64,000 bases of DNA, taken from assembly GCA_050575255.1 (NCBI GenBank), contig JBNZDD010013598.1, positions 580,870 to 644,869 of the forward strand, read 5' to 3'. Position 1 is the stretch's first letter. Each line of letters opens with the position of its first letter. The notes under the pieces were generated by a model. That model did no database searches, was not told the origin of the DNA, and saw only the letters and a list, made by a program, of their open reading frames with translations. The position numbers were made by a program, and so were the translations under genes. Shown one piece after another: positions 25,765 to 40,423 of this stretch. Origin of the DNA: Harriotta raleighana (lineage: Eukaryota).

Positions 25765-25930
25765 AGATGGTCTCATACTTAATCCCCAGTCTGTGCAAAA
25801 TTAGGGCATTTCAGATGAATGTTTTTAATTGAATAAACATTTTAACCGTCCTGGGACAGTAGGAATGCAATTAACAGTGACCTTTGCTGGTGTTAGACAT
25901 CAGGAGAAAACACGAATGCCCCCGTCCACA
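25765..25930 (+). mobile_element. Family B ancient repeat fragment
   Basis: TTAATCCCCAGTCTGTGC...ATTTCAG matches TTGATCCCTGGTCTGTGC...ATTTCAG of the 63.6 kb copy. Confidence 0.45.
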
Positions 25931-27261
25931 GAGAAAAAGAGCAAAGGGTGACTGGCTCCTGTGGAAGCACACTTCACTAGAACAAAATGTCAAATTCTCT
26001 TAGAAAGACAAGAAATTTGGCACAGAAACCTAGTGAGCAAGAAATAAAAGTCAAATGCAGCTACAACATTTCAATTGGCAGCAGAATCATCTTAAAATGA
26101 ATGAGTTTTGTGAACCACTCTCCCTTTTTTCCCTATCCCTTCGTACTTATTATTCCTAACCAGGCAACGAATCATTCCTGACTTTGACAACCAACTACAG
26201 CTTAGAATACATCCTACGATCTGCCTTCTCCCCCCCCCACCACACCCCCAGATCCTCTGCCCCGTACAGAACTGCAATTGGCACAGAATTAATCAGTCCA
26301 ATAGAAATAACAAAAACTCCAGAACAAAAATATTGTGTCGAAGTTCTGAAATGATCTACAATTTGTGTATTCATTTTCTGCGCATTATTGCAGCCAGAGT
26401 AAAAATAGCTGCCAAATATAATGAAAGTGTTCATTGATCAATACGAGCACTGCCTCAGTACAACTGAGGGGATGATGAATTACTTGGGTTGGGGAAGGAA
26501 GAACACAGTTATAAATCTGTTAAACTATCAAGGAAGGCGGATGCCGTTCCTCATCGCCCCAGTGCGCTTACAAAGGAACAGTATCAATGACATCGTGGGG
26601 ACATCTGGAGAACATTGCAGATGATTTTTTTCCCCAAAGCAGAACAGAACCAAGCCTTCGATGGGGGGAGGGGAGAGGAATGCCACCTCTATTTATTTGG
26701 TGACGTGTTCTATTGGAATTCCAGAAATTGCTGAATTATTAGGCGAATACAAAGACTGCGATCAGTCTGTAAATGTCAAAGTGAGAAAGCAAAAGCACGC
26801 AATGCAGTCAGTTTTCAACACCAGTTTACACAGCATTTGTGCCATTAACACAAAAGGGTCTGGAAATCCTTTGGATTCATGGATTCTCATGTCCAGCCTA
26901 TACCTGTTAACACATTAAACCAGAAACCCCCCACCAAAATTTACAGACCAGTACAATTTTCAACAACAACAAAAAAAGTATGTAAATTGGCAGATCCAAA
27001 CACATGTCGAATGAAATGAAATGCTAATGCATTCAGAAACTCTATGTTACTGGCATAGGGAACAATGTCTACCAGACCCCAAACTAGCTCATAGCTGTGG
27101 CATTCAGATTTTCTGAAAAGTTCAGCACACAGTGTTCTATATCCTGACAAGATAAATACATGTCCTATTCAAATTTCTTTTCAGCTTTGGAATTGGACAA
27201 TGCCAAACATCCGGACTAAACATGTAGAAATGTTCTGTTGTAACTGACAGTAAGTAGAGTA

Positions 27262-27360
27262 AGATCATAGGATCTTACCTTGGAGAAGGACACCATTCAG
27301 CCCATCGTACCCATGTCAGTTCTTTGAAAGAACTATCCAATTAGTTCCGCTCCTCTGCTT
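27262..27360 (-). mobile_element. CR1 3' UTR fragment
   Basis: GGAGAAGGACACCATTCAGCCCATCG resembles a reversed CR1 3' end. Confidence 0.5.
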
Positions 27361-30283
27361 TTTATTAATTTTTTATATACGGAAAAATAAATTCAAGCAT
27401 TGGAAAATGATTAGGTCATGAACAAGGTTAGAATTGGGTACCAGTGGCAAGCCAAAGGCAGATTACAGTCTAGCAAATTAAGTGAACACCGTAAACAAAA
27501 GTTATTTGGCGTCACAAAAAAAAATTTGCTTAATTCTCACTGATTACCTCCAACGTTGGGTAGTGTTTACGCATGCTCTCATTTCCGTGGCTTTCCTTTT
27601 GTGTTTAAAATTCCTCATTCATATGAAATCACACAGAGTTTAAATGAAGGTTGGGATTTAACAGCCAGGGCTTCTGAATAAAACTCGTGCTTTTGGAGGA
27701 CTGGCTCGGGCTCCGAGTAAGAAAATACGAGAAACGTTTGACAGACTTGTGTAGTTGTGATCAAAGAAGAGCGAGAAGTGACTACTCAAATTACAGTAGA
27801 CTTTGCCAAGACAATGGTGGGTTACGTAATATTTAATTACAGAGAAGCCACAACATATATCAGTTGCATGTGGATGCATGAATTGAGTGGAATGCGGAAC
27901 AGAGAAATAATGTTCAGTAAGTGGCTAAATATGCTCCAAAAAATTATGTGCATCGTTAAACCCTTAAAACACATTTTAAACTGATGTGGACCAACACAAT
28001 CGTAGCTCAGCTACAATCCTACACAGAAGCCCAAATGCAAAGATTAAAGCAATAAACTTGAGTGTCTATTATGTATCTATTATGCATTAGGTACGCAGCA
28101 ATTCGTGGGAGCAGTCTCCTGGACAGTTTTAAGATGCATATTTTAACAGCACACTAGCGTTTTTTTTCAAATATTTGCACATTGAAAGAATAGTGTACAA
28201 GACATAGATTACATAACAATTATTCTCCCAGCTCAAACAGCATCCTACAGTCCAAAGAGATCGAGCATTACACACCAATCACGTCTGCACATTTCATGCA
28301 GTTTGAATATTAACGATATGCTAATCGTGGCTATAAAACGGCATTCTGCAGGCCTACTTTCAGTCTCAATAATTCATACAGTTTCTCTGTTGACAGTTGA
28401 AACTGTACTGCAATCTTTCTTTAAAAGATGAACCAGCTACATAGCATCATTTCAAAAGCATCCTGAATCAAATCTTGTCTTTCAGGATAGCTGTACAGAA
28501 AAAATATATATATTTAGCAGTGCTAATAAGCTGGACTTGCACACCATCGTGTACACATAAAATATCGAATGGTGGAATTTCAAGGCTTCTCCGACCATGT
28601 GCGGTGCATTTTGTAACATACTTCTCATTATCAGAGAAGTCTGCAATGCACTATTCACAAATGGGATTAATTGCAACTTCCTCCAGATTGACTTCTGTAA
28701 TGATCTTCTCGCATTTCCACCACAAGCAATAATTCATCCGGATTTCTGCAGACCAGCATCTGCCTGTATTCCAACTACCCCAGGTCAACTTTAAATATCT
28801 TCAAATCCCTTCACGGTCTTGTCCCTCTTTAACTATACAATGTCCTCTGTAAGAAACAAAAAGCCTTTGGTTGTCTATCACAACATTGTGACCGAATTGT
28901 TTTAAGATTAGTAAACTATGCAGCATACGCATATGCACAAGTATTTATTCACACTTTGCCAAAATAATATCTCAATCAAAGCTGCATGATGCATCACAGC
29001 TGATCACAAGTCAAGGCTACATGTTTACAGTGGGAACTCAAAGGAGTGCATTGACAGACCAAAATGAAATCAAAAGAGGTTAAAAATAAACTTTAAACAT
29101 GAAATTGCCCTATTACTTGACCTTAAAGATTTGTCTCAATGAATGCCATCAATGTCTATTTTAAAGCTACATCGTCATCAGCACAATATGATGATTATAT
29201 AAGACACCAAATGTTTATCAGTGTTACACATCTGGTGTGCCAAAATTCAACTCGTTCAAAATTATTTATCGAGGTCAAAATTATTGCAGCAATTTAGCAA
29301 TGCGTTAAATTTATTAATTATACAATAATCAAAATCAATCACTCTTCGCTTGGGTGCCTGTATTGGTGTAAAAATAGTTTCAACCCAATTGCTTATACCT
29401 CATTTAAACTATCTCTGAAGGTTACCGAAAGGTTCAGATAAAACACACATTTTCCATCAACTTTCTTTCTATGCATCTGGGGTTTAGTTTGTGAATTTCT
29501 GCAAAAACATTCATTCTGATTCTATTCTGTTTTCTCAAATTTCAATGTAACTTTTTACACTCTTAAAGTGGATCTACTTAGAAGGAGCACATTGTGGACA
29601 TTGCAACACTTGGGGGAAGTTAATTATAAAAAAGCATTTGCTCAGTGCCCATGCATGCAGACCAAGTTATTTAACTGTGCTACCTTTTTGCACATTGGCG
29701 GAGATACCATAAGGTGATTTCAGGTACATATCAGGCCAAATCTAGGATTACCATCAAGTGACCCTATTTTTTCACAAATCATAGTCAATATTTAGAAACT
29801 CGTGTACCGGATTTACGAGCAAAAGATTATTTTGCTTGATATACGTTGGCATGTTGACTCTAGTTTAACCCTTTACTGGTTACTTTTATCAAAGGGCTTA
29901 TTTTTTTTCCAGAAAATAAATCAAATGACCCGATTTCGAACACAATCCAGTTAGATGAGATCATCTGTACAGAATCTAACCGAAATATTTTATTAATCTG
30001 GAGAAACAAACTCAGCAAAACACAGGGGTGAAATTTGGAAATGTTATATATAGGATGCAAATAACTTTTCATACCTTGCAATGGCTACTGACTAAGCTGC
30101 CAGTAAATCACACATTTAACGTGTTTTCAACGCTGCTGTCAAAAATTGTTATTTCTCCTCAATTTCAATAAATTTAATTTCAGTGTGTTACAACACCTTC
30201 CGACATGAAAGGCTCTATCTAAATGTAATTGTTGTGGTTGCTCGATCAATGTGATTCTGTAACCGGATACTAAATTACGGCTA

Positions 30284-30832
30284 GAGTAAAACCCCGTTTA
30301 TCCGTGACTCGATGAACCGGAAACCCCGTTGAACTGGAACCTCAAAAAAAAAGTCCAGGTTCAATAAACCATAAGTTATCCGGCAAAATAGTGATGATGC
30401 ATTTAATGAATCGATTAATGAATCGGGTGCAAATATTGTTGCAGGTACTCGGCTGGCCGCTAGTCGAACCTACAGTCACGCTACTGCCGTTTTTAAACAA
30501 AAGTCACGATACTGCCGCTTGGTTTTCCTCCCATGGTGGCCATTGCAGAAGTTAAGTATAAATAATAAAGTACTAATACAATATTCTGTTATTACAGTAT
30601 CTGTTATTACTTATTTACTCTATTATTTATATGGTACAGTGTATAACATTTACAATAAAATACCCATACAATATCATCTGTTATTATTTAGGCTGTTAGT
30701 AATATTGTATGTGTTAAAATAATTTTTTATATTTTTAACAAAAATATTGCTTTTTAAAAAAATTTCAACGGGAAAACCATTTAACCACCATTGGCCAGGT
30801 CCCGTGGGTGCCGAATAAACAGGGTTTTTCTG
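30284..30832. mobile_element. Second Tigger/pogo-like MITE
   Basis: TA|GAGTAAAACCCCGTTTATCCG at left versus reverse complement TA|CAGAAAAACCCTGTTTATTCG at right. TA target duplication, AT-rich core, internal repeats of the TIR motif. Confidence 0.8.
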
Positions 30833-31794
30833 TATATGGTTCGGAGAATATCATCAAACTGTACCTTTACAATGGGGTCTGTGTTTCTCTGCCCATTTAA
30901 AAAAAAACTCTCAATTGAGAAATATGGATATACTGTCATGTACCAAGAATTTCCCCCAGAGAAATGTGGGGGGGACAGTGTGTTGAGCAGATCATTAAAT
31001 TCAGAATGGCAAAGATGCAATATGTCAACAACCTGTTCAAGTACCGAAAAAAGATCTAAGGAAGAGCGGAATTGCTCTGAAATTGGTAGAGATACTCCCC
31101 ATTGCTGAAAAATATTTTTGGGAGTATGATTTTCAATTGTATTAAACCAAGTTTACAGTATTTCAATCCAGACAAGCGGAATGCTGTCCCGTTTAATGAA
31201 TCACTCAACAGCAATTCAGTAATAACTGAAGCCCATTAATCTGATTTAAAGACCAGATAAGTTACAGTTTGCCAACACATCCAAGTCACACTTGCTGCAA
31301 TCAGGCCCTTTTGAACCCTCCAAAATGTAATGATTTGGGGAGTCTTGGATCTCGAAATGAGACCATACTTCGACCTACTGTTAAATAAATGCTTTTTGAA
31401 GGGCAATATTTCCAGACACAGTTACCCAATCTTTTAAAATGCTGAGGGATAGATGATTAAGGTGTAAATGTGTTATTTAAGTTGGACTGTGAGTGCAGAA
31501 CTAAGCAAGTAATAAATCAACAGGGCTCTAGCAAAGCTTGAAATCGAAAAAGAATTCCTTTTCCACATTCTTCTGTCTGGATCCCCCATTTCCCAGGAGT
31601 GAATGCAGTATTTGGTTAAAGCTTTCAAGTAAAGCACCTGATATGTCAATTAACACCTTACAAATTACAGCTGAATAAATGTACAGTTGAGGAACAGGGA
31701 ACGGAGGTCTTTAGAGGTATGTACAGAGCTGGAAATCTGAAACCCTTGAGTAGGAGAGATGGAATGCCATATCAAATTTTATAATCTGACCAAA

Positions 31795-32098
31795 CTACTA
31801 CAACAACAACAACAACAACAAAATTACACTTGCATAGCGTCTTTCACGTCGAGAGGACGTCACAAAGCGCTGAACAGTCAGGTCGGGACCCGAGCATGGG
31901 GGGGGATTGGGGGTTAGGGTGGGGAGGAACCGAAGGCGAGGTCGAAGAGGAAGGTCTTGAGACCGGCCTTAAAGGAGGAAAGGGAGGAAGCAAGGCGGAG
32001 GGTCTGCGGGTTGGAATTCCAAATTGTGGGGGCAGAGAGGCTGAAAGCCCGGCCACCGATGGTTGGGTGGTTAGGGCGGTGGATGCGGAGCAGGCCTG
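31795..32098 (-). mobile_element. L2 LINE 3' end with (CAA)n tail
   Basis: Reverse-complement similarity to 21750-22047 and 37250-37528. Confidence 0.88.
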
Positions 32099-32961
32099 AG
32101 TCTGCTGAGGTTCACTAACAGGTTCATTGATGTTAAATTTGAGCCCAGAATGGACAAGTTGCTGTACATCCCATCTAAACACTGCCCCAGTAGTAATTAT
32201 AACTGTGCCTGTCTTTCACTCACCCATCTAACACCATGAAATGAAGGGCATTATTAATGTAAGCTATTGTTGTCCCCAGAAACTCAATGGTTGTGAGATA
32301 ATTTTTGACATGAATCCATAGCCTCCATGAAAGGTTCCTGGCAATGCGGATTGTATATCTTATAACTACAGAACTTTGTCCCCTTATAGCCTTCTTTCCT
32401 TCATAGCTTTTTCATATCTTCTATCATACTTTTAAACTCCAGGCTCAACTATCAGCTGTCATATCTTCAACAAAGGCACAGCTTGATCTTTCTGTGCTGT
32501 TCAGCCTCTGCTCACTATGTAAAAGCACTTGCAAACTTTTTCAAAGTCTCCAGCAGTTTTGCAGGGTTTCTGCCACATGGTGTAATGTCCTCTGACGAGT
32601 TCATTTAAATACTCTCCAAACTGCTTCTAAAGAAATGGGGGGGAGTGGGGGGGGGGGGGTCGGTGGAATCCATAATTTCCGAAATAGTACAGAGAGTTCT
32701 AGACTTGGCTAAAGGACAAGGACTGCCTAAGGAATGATTTGCTCAGCGGTAATCTCACAATGCGAGTTGATAAAAGATCTTTTGCCTTAAAGGGGTTGTT
32801 GTCCATTTTGTAACTTATTTTCTATCCCATTGTTAGTTTTTACTTCAATCCTTGCCCCTGTACCTGGATCTGTGTCAACAACAAAAGCTACTGACGTAAT
32901 CTGGATTTTCTCCACAGGCTTACACAAAAGACTTGCCTTATAATAATAATATAATATATAA

Positions 32962-33282
32962 AAATAATAATCCTTGCATTTGATATAGCGCTTTTCACAT
33001 CTTATCAACGTCTCAAAGCGCTTCACAGAATATACTGTAAAGTGAATAGACTGTATATTTGTGGGCAAAACGGAGCAGCCAATTGAGCAAAGCACTGTCC
33101 CACAAACATTCGTGGATTGAAATGATCAATTTTTGTTATTGTGATTTTTTTTGGATGGATTATTATTAGGCGTGTGGAGTAAGGAAACTTGCCCATGGTT
33201 ACACCCTGATCTGCCTGGATTCGAACACAGGTCTCATGCTTGTAAGGCGAGTGCTCCAACCACTGAGCTACAGGAGCTCCAC
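32962..33282 (-). mobile_element. Full-length SINE A
   Basis: Intact A and B boxes, body and tail. Confidence 0.92.
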
Positions 33283-35916
33283 CTTGATGCCTAAAGACAC
33301 CCAAGTAGACAAGACTTTAGTTGGTTATTCATGGCGGCTTAACCAGCACCATCGCAAACAAAGGTAGAATTTTTTTTTTTTTTAATTTAAAATCGTTGCG
33401 TTGCATTTGATATTGGTGCCTGTTGTGTCGGGATGACTTCTCAAAGCACTTCACAGTCTAGTGAAGTGACAACCGCAGCCAATATTGTACACAACAAAGC
33501 CCCACAAACGGCCACAAATAAACCATTTTGTTGGGAGGTGTTATTGTTGGGAGGTGTTATTGTTGGCCGTGGCAATTATGATGTTGCCTCTCACTACCAC
33601 AGAGGAGTTCACAAGGCCATTTATGAAACACAAAAATATTGGGTTCACACTATCACAATATCCTTAACATTGATCAGTTCGTTCACTTGTGGTTATTCCT
33701 GTACGGACAATTTATGGGTCTTTTGCAGTGATGAAAGAATTCCTTGAACAGACACTGTGTGACTGACAGCCTATACTGTAGTTACTACCTATACCGTGAT
33801 GAATTATTCAACGGAACTTTGATATGTACCAGCCTTAGAAAGCGCATTTCCTTTCCCTATTTATAACTCTATGGAATTTTCATTTATTTCTTTTGCTTTT
33901 ATAATCCAATCAAGTGGCTTGCATTTAAGCCCTCAAAATTGCATGGCAAGGCATACTGCATTATTTATTTTTCTCAGTATCCAGATACTGAACAACATTT
34001 TTGTTAATAAATTAGTATTAAAGTTGCATACATATTCACTTTTCAATCGAAACACATAAAATCAACGAGTTTACAATTCTTTTCCTGTCAAGGGCTGGCA
34101 AATGGAATTACAGTGAACTCAACAGTATTGCAGTTATCACAACAAATCACTGAAACAGTTATTCTTCTGGAGCGCTTCAGAAAACGAGTGGCCCAAAGTG
34201 GAGAAATGTTTCCACCGTCTCGCTCATGTCCCTCACCTTGATGAGCATAAAATGTACCTTATCTCCAAATCTGACAAAACCATTTATCTAATGTATATGT
34301 AGCACAAATGAACAACCCATTTTCTTGTTGGGGGCCAAAGCCCAAATCAAGCTTCAGACGTAACGAGCTGTCTTCCTGAATGGTTATGAAAATTAGAAAC
34401 TCTCAACAGCATGAATTACAACCATTAAACTTCTTGCCTGCTCTGTTCAAAAATGCACTTTCTCTAAAGTTGCTAATGCAAAAACAAATGGCAATTAGAA
34501 TACAGCAATAATCTCCAAATAAATTTCTAATGCCAAGCAAAGTACTGTATTGCATCTAAAGCACCCTTAACTGCTTTACACTACTTTGCAAAAATATGCA
34601 ACAATATGCCTTTAAAGTAAAGCCAATTAAACTCATAACTTTACATGAGATGACTAAAGCGGAACACTAATGGAAGTTAAGTCCATGAAATTTGATGCAG
34701 TGTTCTGCACATATGGATGGCTGGTCAGGCAACAGACAACACGAGATCAAGGATTACATAAGATTTTCTCACACACATTTATTTTGTGTACTTCGTTACA
34801 CACGAGCCTCTGCGATCCTTCACTTCGGCAGCTGAGGTACTGTCATTTGACAGAATGAAAGTCACCGTGCAGTTTATTTATGCCCTCGCTCGGTTATTTG
34901 CAGCTTCCAGAACATTTAGAAGGCAGGAGTAGCAACTGAAACGGTATTGGAATTAGGACATCTGTCCATCTGCCTGCATGGATGGAGTAAAGAATCCGCC
35001 AGCTTTCTCTCCGACCATAACTATGTGTGTCAACTACACAAAAGCACAACTTTATATAATGCCCATGTGGATAGAGGTACTGATTGAAAAAAAACTTTTG
35101 TGTTCCTCGATTCTCAAAAATCAACCACAAAACTATCATATCAGACAAGTACTGGCCTTGATAGAGAAATAGAGAAATTAAAGTACATGTGCAATGCTGG
35201 CACAAAGCTGGGATTGTTCAAATGTCTGCAGATTTACTTTTGCAGGCGGATGAGAAGAGAAAAAAAAACTTTGATATATCAAGAGCTTTTTTGTGGGCGC
35301 AACTAGATGTTCCGATTTTAATTTTCTGAGCAAAGGCAAATGCTCAGAATTTTAATAAATTCTGGTGAAAGAACAGATGAGGAAATTAACATTTCGCATG
35401 GTTTCAATCCATTGAAATATGAACCTGCACATTTAAGGGTTACACTTGGGACGTCCTCCGCACATGAGAGGGGCTCTATAAATGTAATTTTGTGGTTGTT
35501 GTTAAAATAAGCTGCATCAATAGACTCCTAAGAAAAAGAGGAATCTTGGTATCAGCCAGGTGAGCTGATATTGTAGATCTGCATTATGCTGACACTATTC
35601 TGGAAGTCGAGTTATAGCACAATGCATTGGACCACAACTGAGGTCAACCTAGATCGAGTCTCAAGGTTATCAACAGCTAAACTGGATTGCTAATGCAAAT
35701 ATTTTCTTGCTTTGACAAGCTGAAAATAAGAGAGACTTGGCAGTAATCATATTCCTCTTCCCATTATCATTTTGTTCTTATCAAATCCTTTGAAACTTAT
35801 CGGAACCCTTCACCTCTGCTTACCATCGTGGATTATTCCATCAGGATTTATACACTTAAGTTGAAATCAGAATGGCTCAGAACCTCTGCGTACATCTTAA
35901 GTGAAACAAGACTCAC

Positions 35917-35999
35917 CCTTGGCTGCCAATTTTCATATTGCTTCTGTAAATTAGCACCAATACTTTCCAAAGCTTTCTGAGGGCTCATGGAGAGAGGAT
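35917..35999 (-). CDS. RPTOR: RPTOR coding exon 3 (DPLSMSPQKALESIGANLQKQYENWQPR)
   Basis: Acceptor atcttgcag|AT, donor AGG|gtgagt, 83 nt, phase 1 to phase 0. Confidence 0.97.
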
Positions 36000-37249
36000 C
36001 TGCAAGATAGAAACTTAGGGTAAGTGAGACATAAGTTGTGAACGCAAAATAAAAAACACAAAAATCACAACAATTGTCGATGGTGAAACCATTTTCTTCA
36101 AAGCAACTAAACCAGAAGATCATGAATACTCACTGGCACAGAGGATCAAGACCTCAGCTCAGATACAATTACCCTCCACAATAGACAAGCAAGAATATTT
36201 TGTGGAAAGAAAGTAAAACTAAAATCATGGGTAGACATGAAAAGCCTTGTCATAGAGGTAAATTATACACCCTGACTATTTTGTGAGCAAATTGGTAAAA
36301 ATGTGTCAAACACAAAACATCACATTTAAGTTGCCTATTAACAAATGTTGCCATAAATATATAGCTATAAATATTGAATACACATGAGCCACGTCAAGTA
36401 AGAGTTTCTTATGCAATGCATTAGCAGTGTAATTTACACAAGTGAATCTTCCAATTGTCTGAAAAGTTTCCACTTGTAACCGAGGTAGATGAGTGAAAAT
36501 AATTAGGAGTGTAGTTGGAAGAGTTGGGTTTGCATGAGATACCCGAAGGGAAGGATTGAATACTTTGTAGGATTGAAATGTAGAAAAAGGGACACCTTCT
36601 CTGATATCCTTTCCTGGGAGCAAACTGGTTGGGTCTACGGTATTTTAAACACAACTGAACTACGAAAAAGAAAACATTCTACAAGTTGGAAACTGCTCAC
36701 AAAGCCAGTTTTGGATGATAAATAAAGCAGCAGGTCAGGTGAAGTCATTGCTTTATCCCAATCCAGTCTTTTGTCCTGACAGGTTACACAGCTAAAAGCT
36801 TTGAAAGTGACACACTTCATCTTGCTCACGTCTTAATGTGAAATAGACAAGATAAGCACCATCTAAACTATTTCCAATACCGTTGAGATAAATTGTACCA
36901 CTTATCGCAATTCACATCAGCAAATAGCTACATCGATCAAAATATTCCGTGAATGTTTATTAAACATTGCACATGTACAAAAAGCAACAAAATACATGGC
37001 ATGTTTCATTCTTTCCATCTGATTATTATTCCAATCTAATAACAGCTGCATAAATTTTACTTAAAATTTTACTTGCTTTACGCAGTTTGGAGGATACTGC
37101 ATCTGTTCTCCGGTTTGATATTTACTGATCATTAAGTTATCGAAACCCTCAAAAGTATTCAGAACTACATTTTTCCTTGTAACTGTTAAGAGCCATGGTA
37201 GCAATTTAGAGTTTTCAGAAATGATTATTCTGTCTGATCAGTGGTGTGA

Positions 37250-37528
37250 TCTTCCTTCTCTTTGCCCCCACACTCTGGAGCTCCATCCCACAGTCCCTTC
37301 GCCTTGCTCCCTCCTTCGTCTCCTTCAAGGCCGGTTTCAAGACCATCCTTTTCAACCGTGCCTTCTGCTGCCCTCCCAACACTCTCCCTCCCTTCCTAAC
37401 TTTCTTCCGTCACTCCCCCTTACCCCTCCCCTCTCCCTTGCTCGGATCCCGGCCTGACAGTTCAGCACTTTGTGACGTCCTCCCAACGTAAAAAGGTGCT
37501 CTATAAATGTAATTTTGTTGTTGTTGTT
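37250..37528 (+). mobile_element. L2 LINE 3' end
   Basis: APTLWSSIPQSLRLAPSFVSFKAGFKTILFNRAF followed by a (TTG)n tail. Confidence 0.88.
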
Positions 37529-38277
37529 CCTTAGGTGGAGTATACAATAACAGGGAAGGAGTTCCAAAGGACCGGGTGCAGTGGCTGAAAGTTTAGTCGT
37601 CAGTGGTGGGAAGAGAAAGCGTAGTAAGCCTGAGGTTGGGGGTAAGCAGAAGAGTAGAGGGGGGGGGATGTCCAAAGGCATAAAAGGAAATGAGAATCTT
37701 GACATCCATCTGCTGGGAGTCAGCGGAGCCTCATGAGGAAGGGAGTGACAGCTATGTTGTGTTTCCTATGCTATATCCTTTCCTTTTGGTGTCAGGAAAT
37801 GGAACTCAAGACAGATTAGCCATTATGCTAGAAGATTCCTTCACTGCAACGGGTGACAAATGCTCACTATCTATCTCGCGCCCACCCTCCAATAATTACA
37901 TTACCAAATTATTAAAGCTCAACCTATCACCACCACCTAATACCTTCTTAAATGAGGCAAATCTATCAATAATTGAGCTGATATAATTTAAGTAACAATT
38001 AAGGTAGCTCCAGTGATAAAAGTTGGATCCACCTTTTATTTAATAGAATGTCATTAGCACCACAGGATGCAATTACAGTGCAAGAGAAGTTAGCAGGCTG
38101 CCAGGAACAGGGTTATTTCTTTCCCTTTGCCAGCATTTCATATTATATATTGCACAACAAATGTGCTGAACCGCCTTAAATCTTGTGTTCCAGGCGCCAA
38201 AGGCTGCAGTTAATGGAACATTCTGAACAATGGCGATCTGACCATTTCAGCAGCTCTTTCAATTAAACCGGAGATTT

Positions 38278-38331
38278 TGTGTGTGTGTGTGTGTGTGGTG
38301 TGTGTGTGAGAGAGAGCGCGAGAGAGAGAGA
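38278..38331. repeat. (GT)n(GA)n microsatellite
   Basis: Seen directly. Confidence 0.92.
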
Positions 38332-38877
38332 GGAGGGTTTCAAGAGATGGCTAATGCTAATACCCTCAACACATGGAAAACTTGGATGGTTGTCAATCAG
38401 ATATTATGTATTTTGGATTTTATTTGAGTTTTGGGTTTCGGAAAAAGCTTTTAGTTTAACGACAATGCAATAGACGAAACAGGAAGTTTCCGCGCTTATA
38501 GAGAACAGGTATAGCAGGATTGGTTGAAAGTCAGTTACTTGAAGGAAAAATAAGATGGAAAAATTGAAACAGATAAACAAAACTATTAAACTATTTACAA
38601 TTATGTTTTTACACTTATGAAAGGTGAGGGGTGGGAGGGGAGTGATCCTCATTCATGATTCATGATCAGTCGATACCCAGAGGTCTCATTGCTTAGCGAC
38701 TGTTGAACTGACCATTGAGGAGCTGGGGGCTTGGTCTGGTTCTTATAATATACTGTTCGTGTTTAGTGGTATCACAATGATAATATGCATGAGTCACTAA
38801 ACGTACAAGGGCTTATACTTAGCTAGGAAGGAGTTTCTGTAGTTTCTCCTGCCTCAAGTAAAGTCCGCAGTACCTAC

Positions 38878-38980
38878 CTATCCAGCATTCCAAACGAGCA
38901 CAGGGAGTCGTTTTCACCACATCTGGGGGGTCCACGCCAACATTCAGGCACAGAACTAAAGCAACACTGACTGTTTTCAT
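38878..38980 (-). CDS. RPTOR: RPTOR coding exon 2 ([34 protein letters not shown])
   Basis: Translated by hand (not in the ORF track). Acceptor gtattttcag|ATG, donor ATAG|gtaggt, 103 nt. Confidence 0.97.
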
Positions 38981-40423
38981 CTGAAAATACAAAAGTAAAA
39001 GAAGTTACCCATCTCCGTCTCAGTACACTAATTGCTCTGTGCACTAACTCTCACGTCTACTCATGGATTTGCATTCGTGTTAAGACAGCCAACCGACGAA
39101 AACAAATCATTACTCTTCCTATACCAAGTTTGTAAGGGTTGATTTGGAATTATTTGGACTCCACACATTCTATTTCTTTGTGTGGATTATACACAAAATA
39201 CAGAATTTGTAGCCACAGTCAATGTGTAATTATTTCTTGTTTTAAAAAAAATGTTTTCCTAAATGAATTGAATTCATAAACCTGCACTACGGCTGATTGA
39301 AATTAAGCATCTTTATCTCCAGTGTTCTCACTGGAAAAACTAAGCACTGAAGCAAATCATTTTTCCTGGAAATAAATGAGCAGCACTGAAACAATAGGAT
39401 ATTTGCAGCACATTTTAGATACCACAATAATCCTGCTACTGAAAGCTCCACATCATCTAGTCAACAGACTATATGCATGTCTAAGCAGCTTCAGTAACTA
39501 ATGCAGTTACATCTCCCCACGCTATCGTACCTACAATTATGCAGAACACTGTAATCTCTGGGTATATATAATTTAGACATCAGCTGGCAGAACCATAACG
39601 TGTATATTTTATCCTTCAGTTTGATACTGTTTGCTTTGGAGCAAGCTGAGATTTCAGTACAGAATGGGAAACAGTAACCAGCTCTACCAAGGCCGAAATT
39701 TGCAAAGTTCAGGAGCAAAATAAATAAGTTATAAAGACAGAATTTTACAGTTCATTTCCTTTATGGCAGCATCCTTCATAGTCCAATTTGCAAGCTTGCT
39801 GGAGATGCATTTTGCTGTAAAAAAAGATAAATCTTTTGTGTACTTTTTGAACAAACTTTATTGGAAATTTACGATGCTCCGTTGAAACGCACAGATTGCG
39901 TGAGCTGCTCAAAAGATAACACAAGAACAGATTTTCCTTCATCGCAGCAGCATTTCGACAACTAAATGCTTCGACGATGAACGCAAAAATCTCATGAGAA
40001 TATAGATGCTTAAACGATTCTGCAATTGACTACATTTTAGTGTCTGCACAAATGATATGGCAATTTAAAAAGTTGCAGAATGGAATGATCGGTCTCCCTC
40101 TGGACTGTAATTTGCTTAGTAAGACTCTTGGCAACTGGAAGTAAGGATCAAAACTGTTGAGCGTAGAATGTTAAGGGAGTGACACCGCAAGAGAGGCTTT
40201 AGTATTGAGTGACAATAGCAGAACTGGAATCAAAGGTCATGGAAATCATCAGAATACAGTACATTGGGGAGATACTACTTTGCGTATGGATAATGCTACT
40301 GATCAGAAGAAATTTGGTGAAAAGATTAGGACAATACATAGAGCCCAGGACAACCAAAGTGTTCTCAATCAGATTTTTTAATGTACTGTGTGTATATATA
40401 TATATATAATAATATATATTCAT

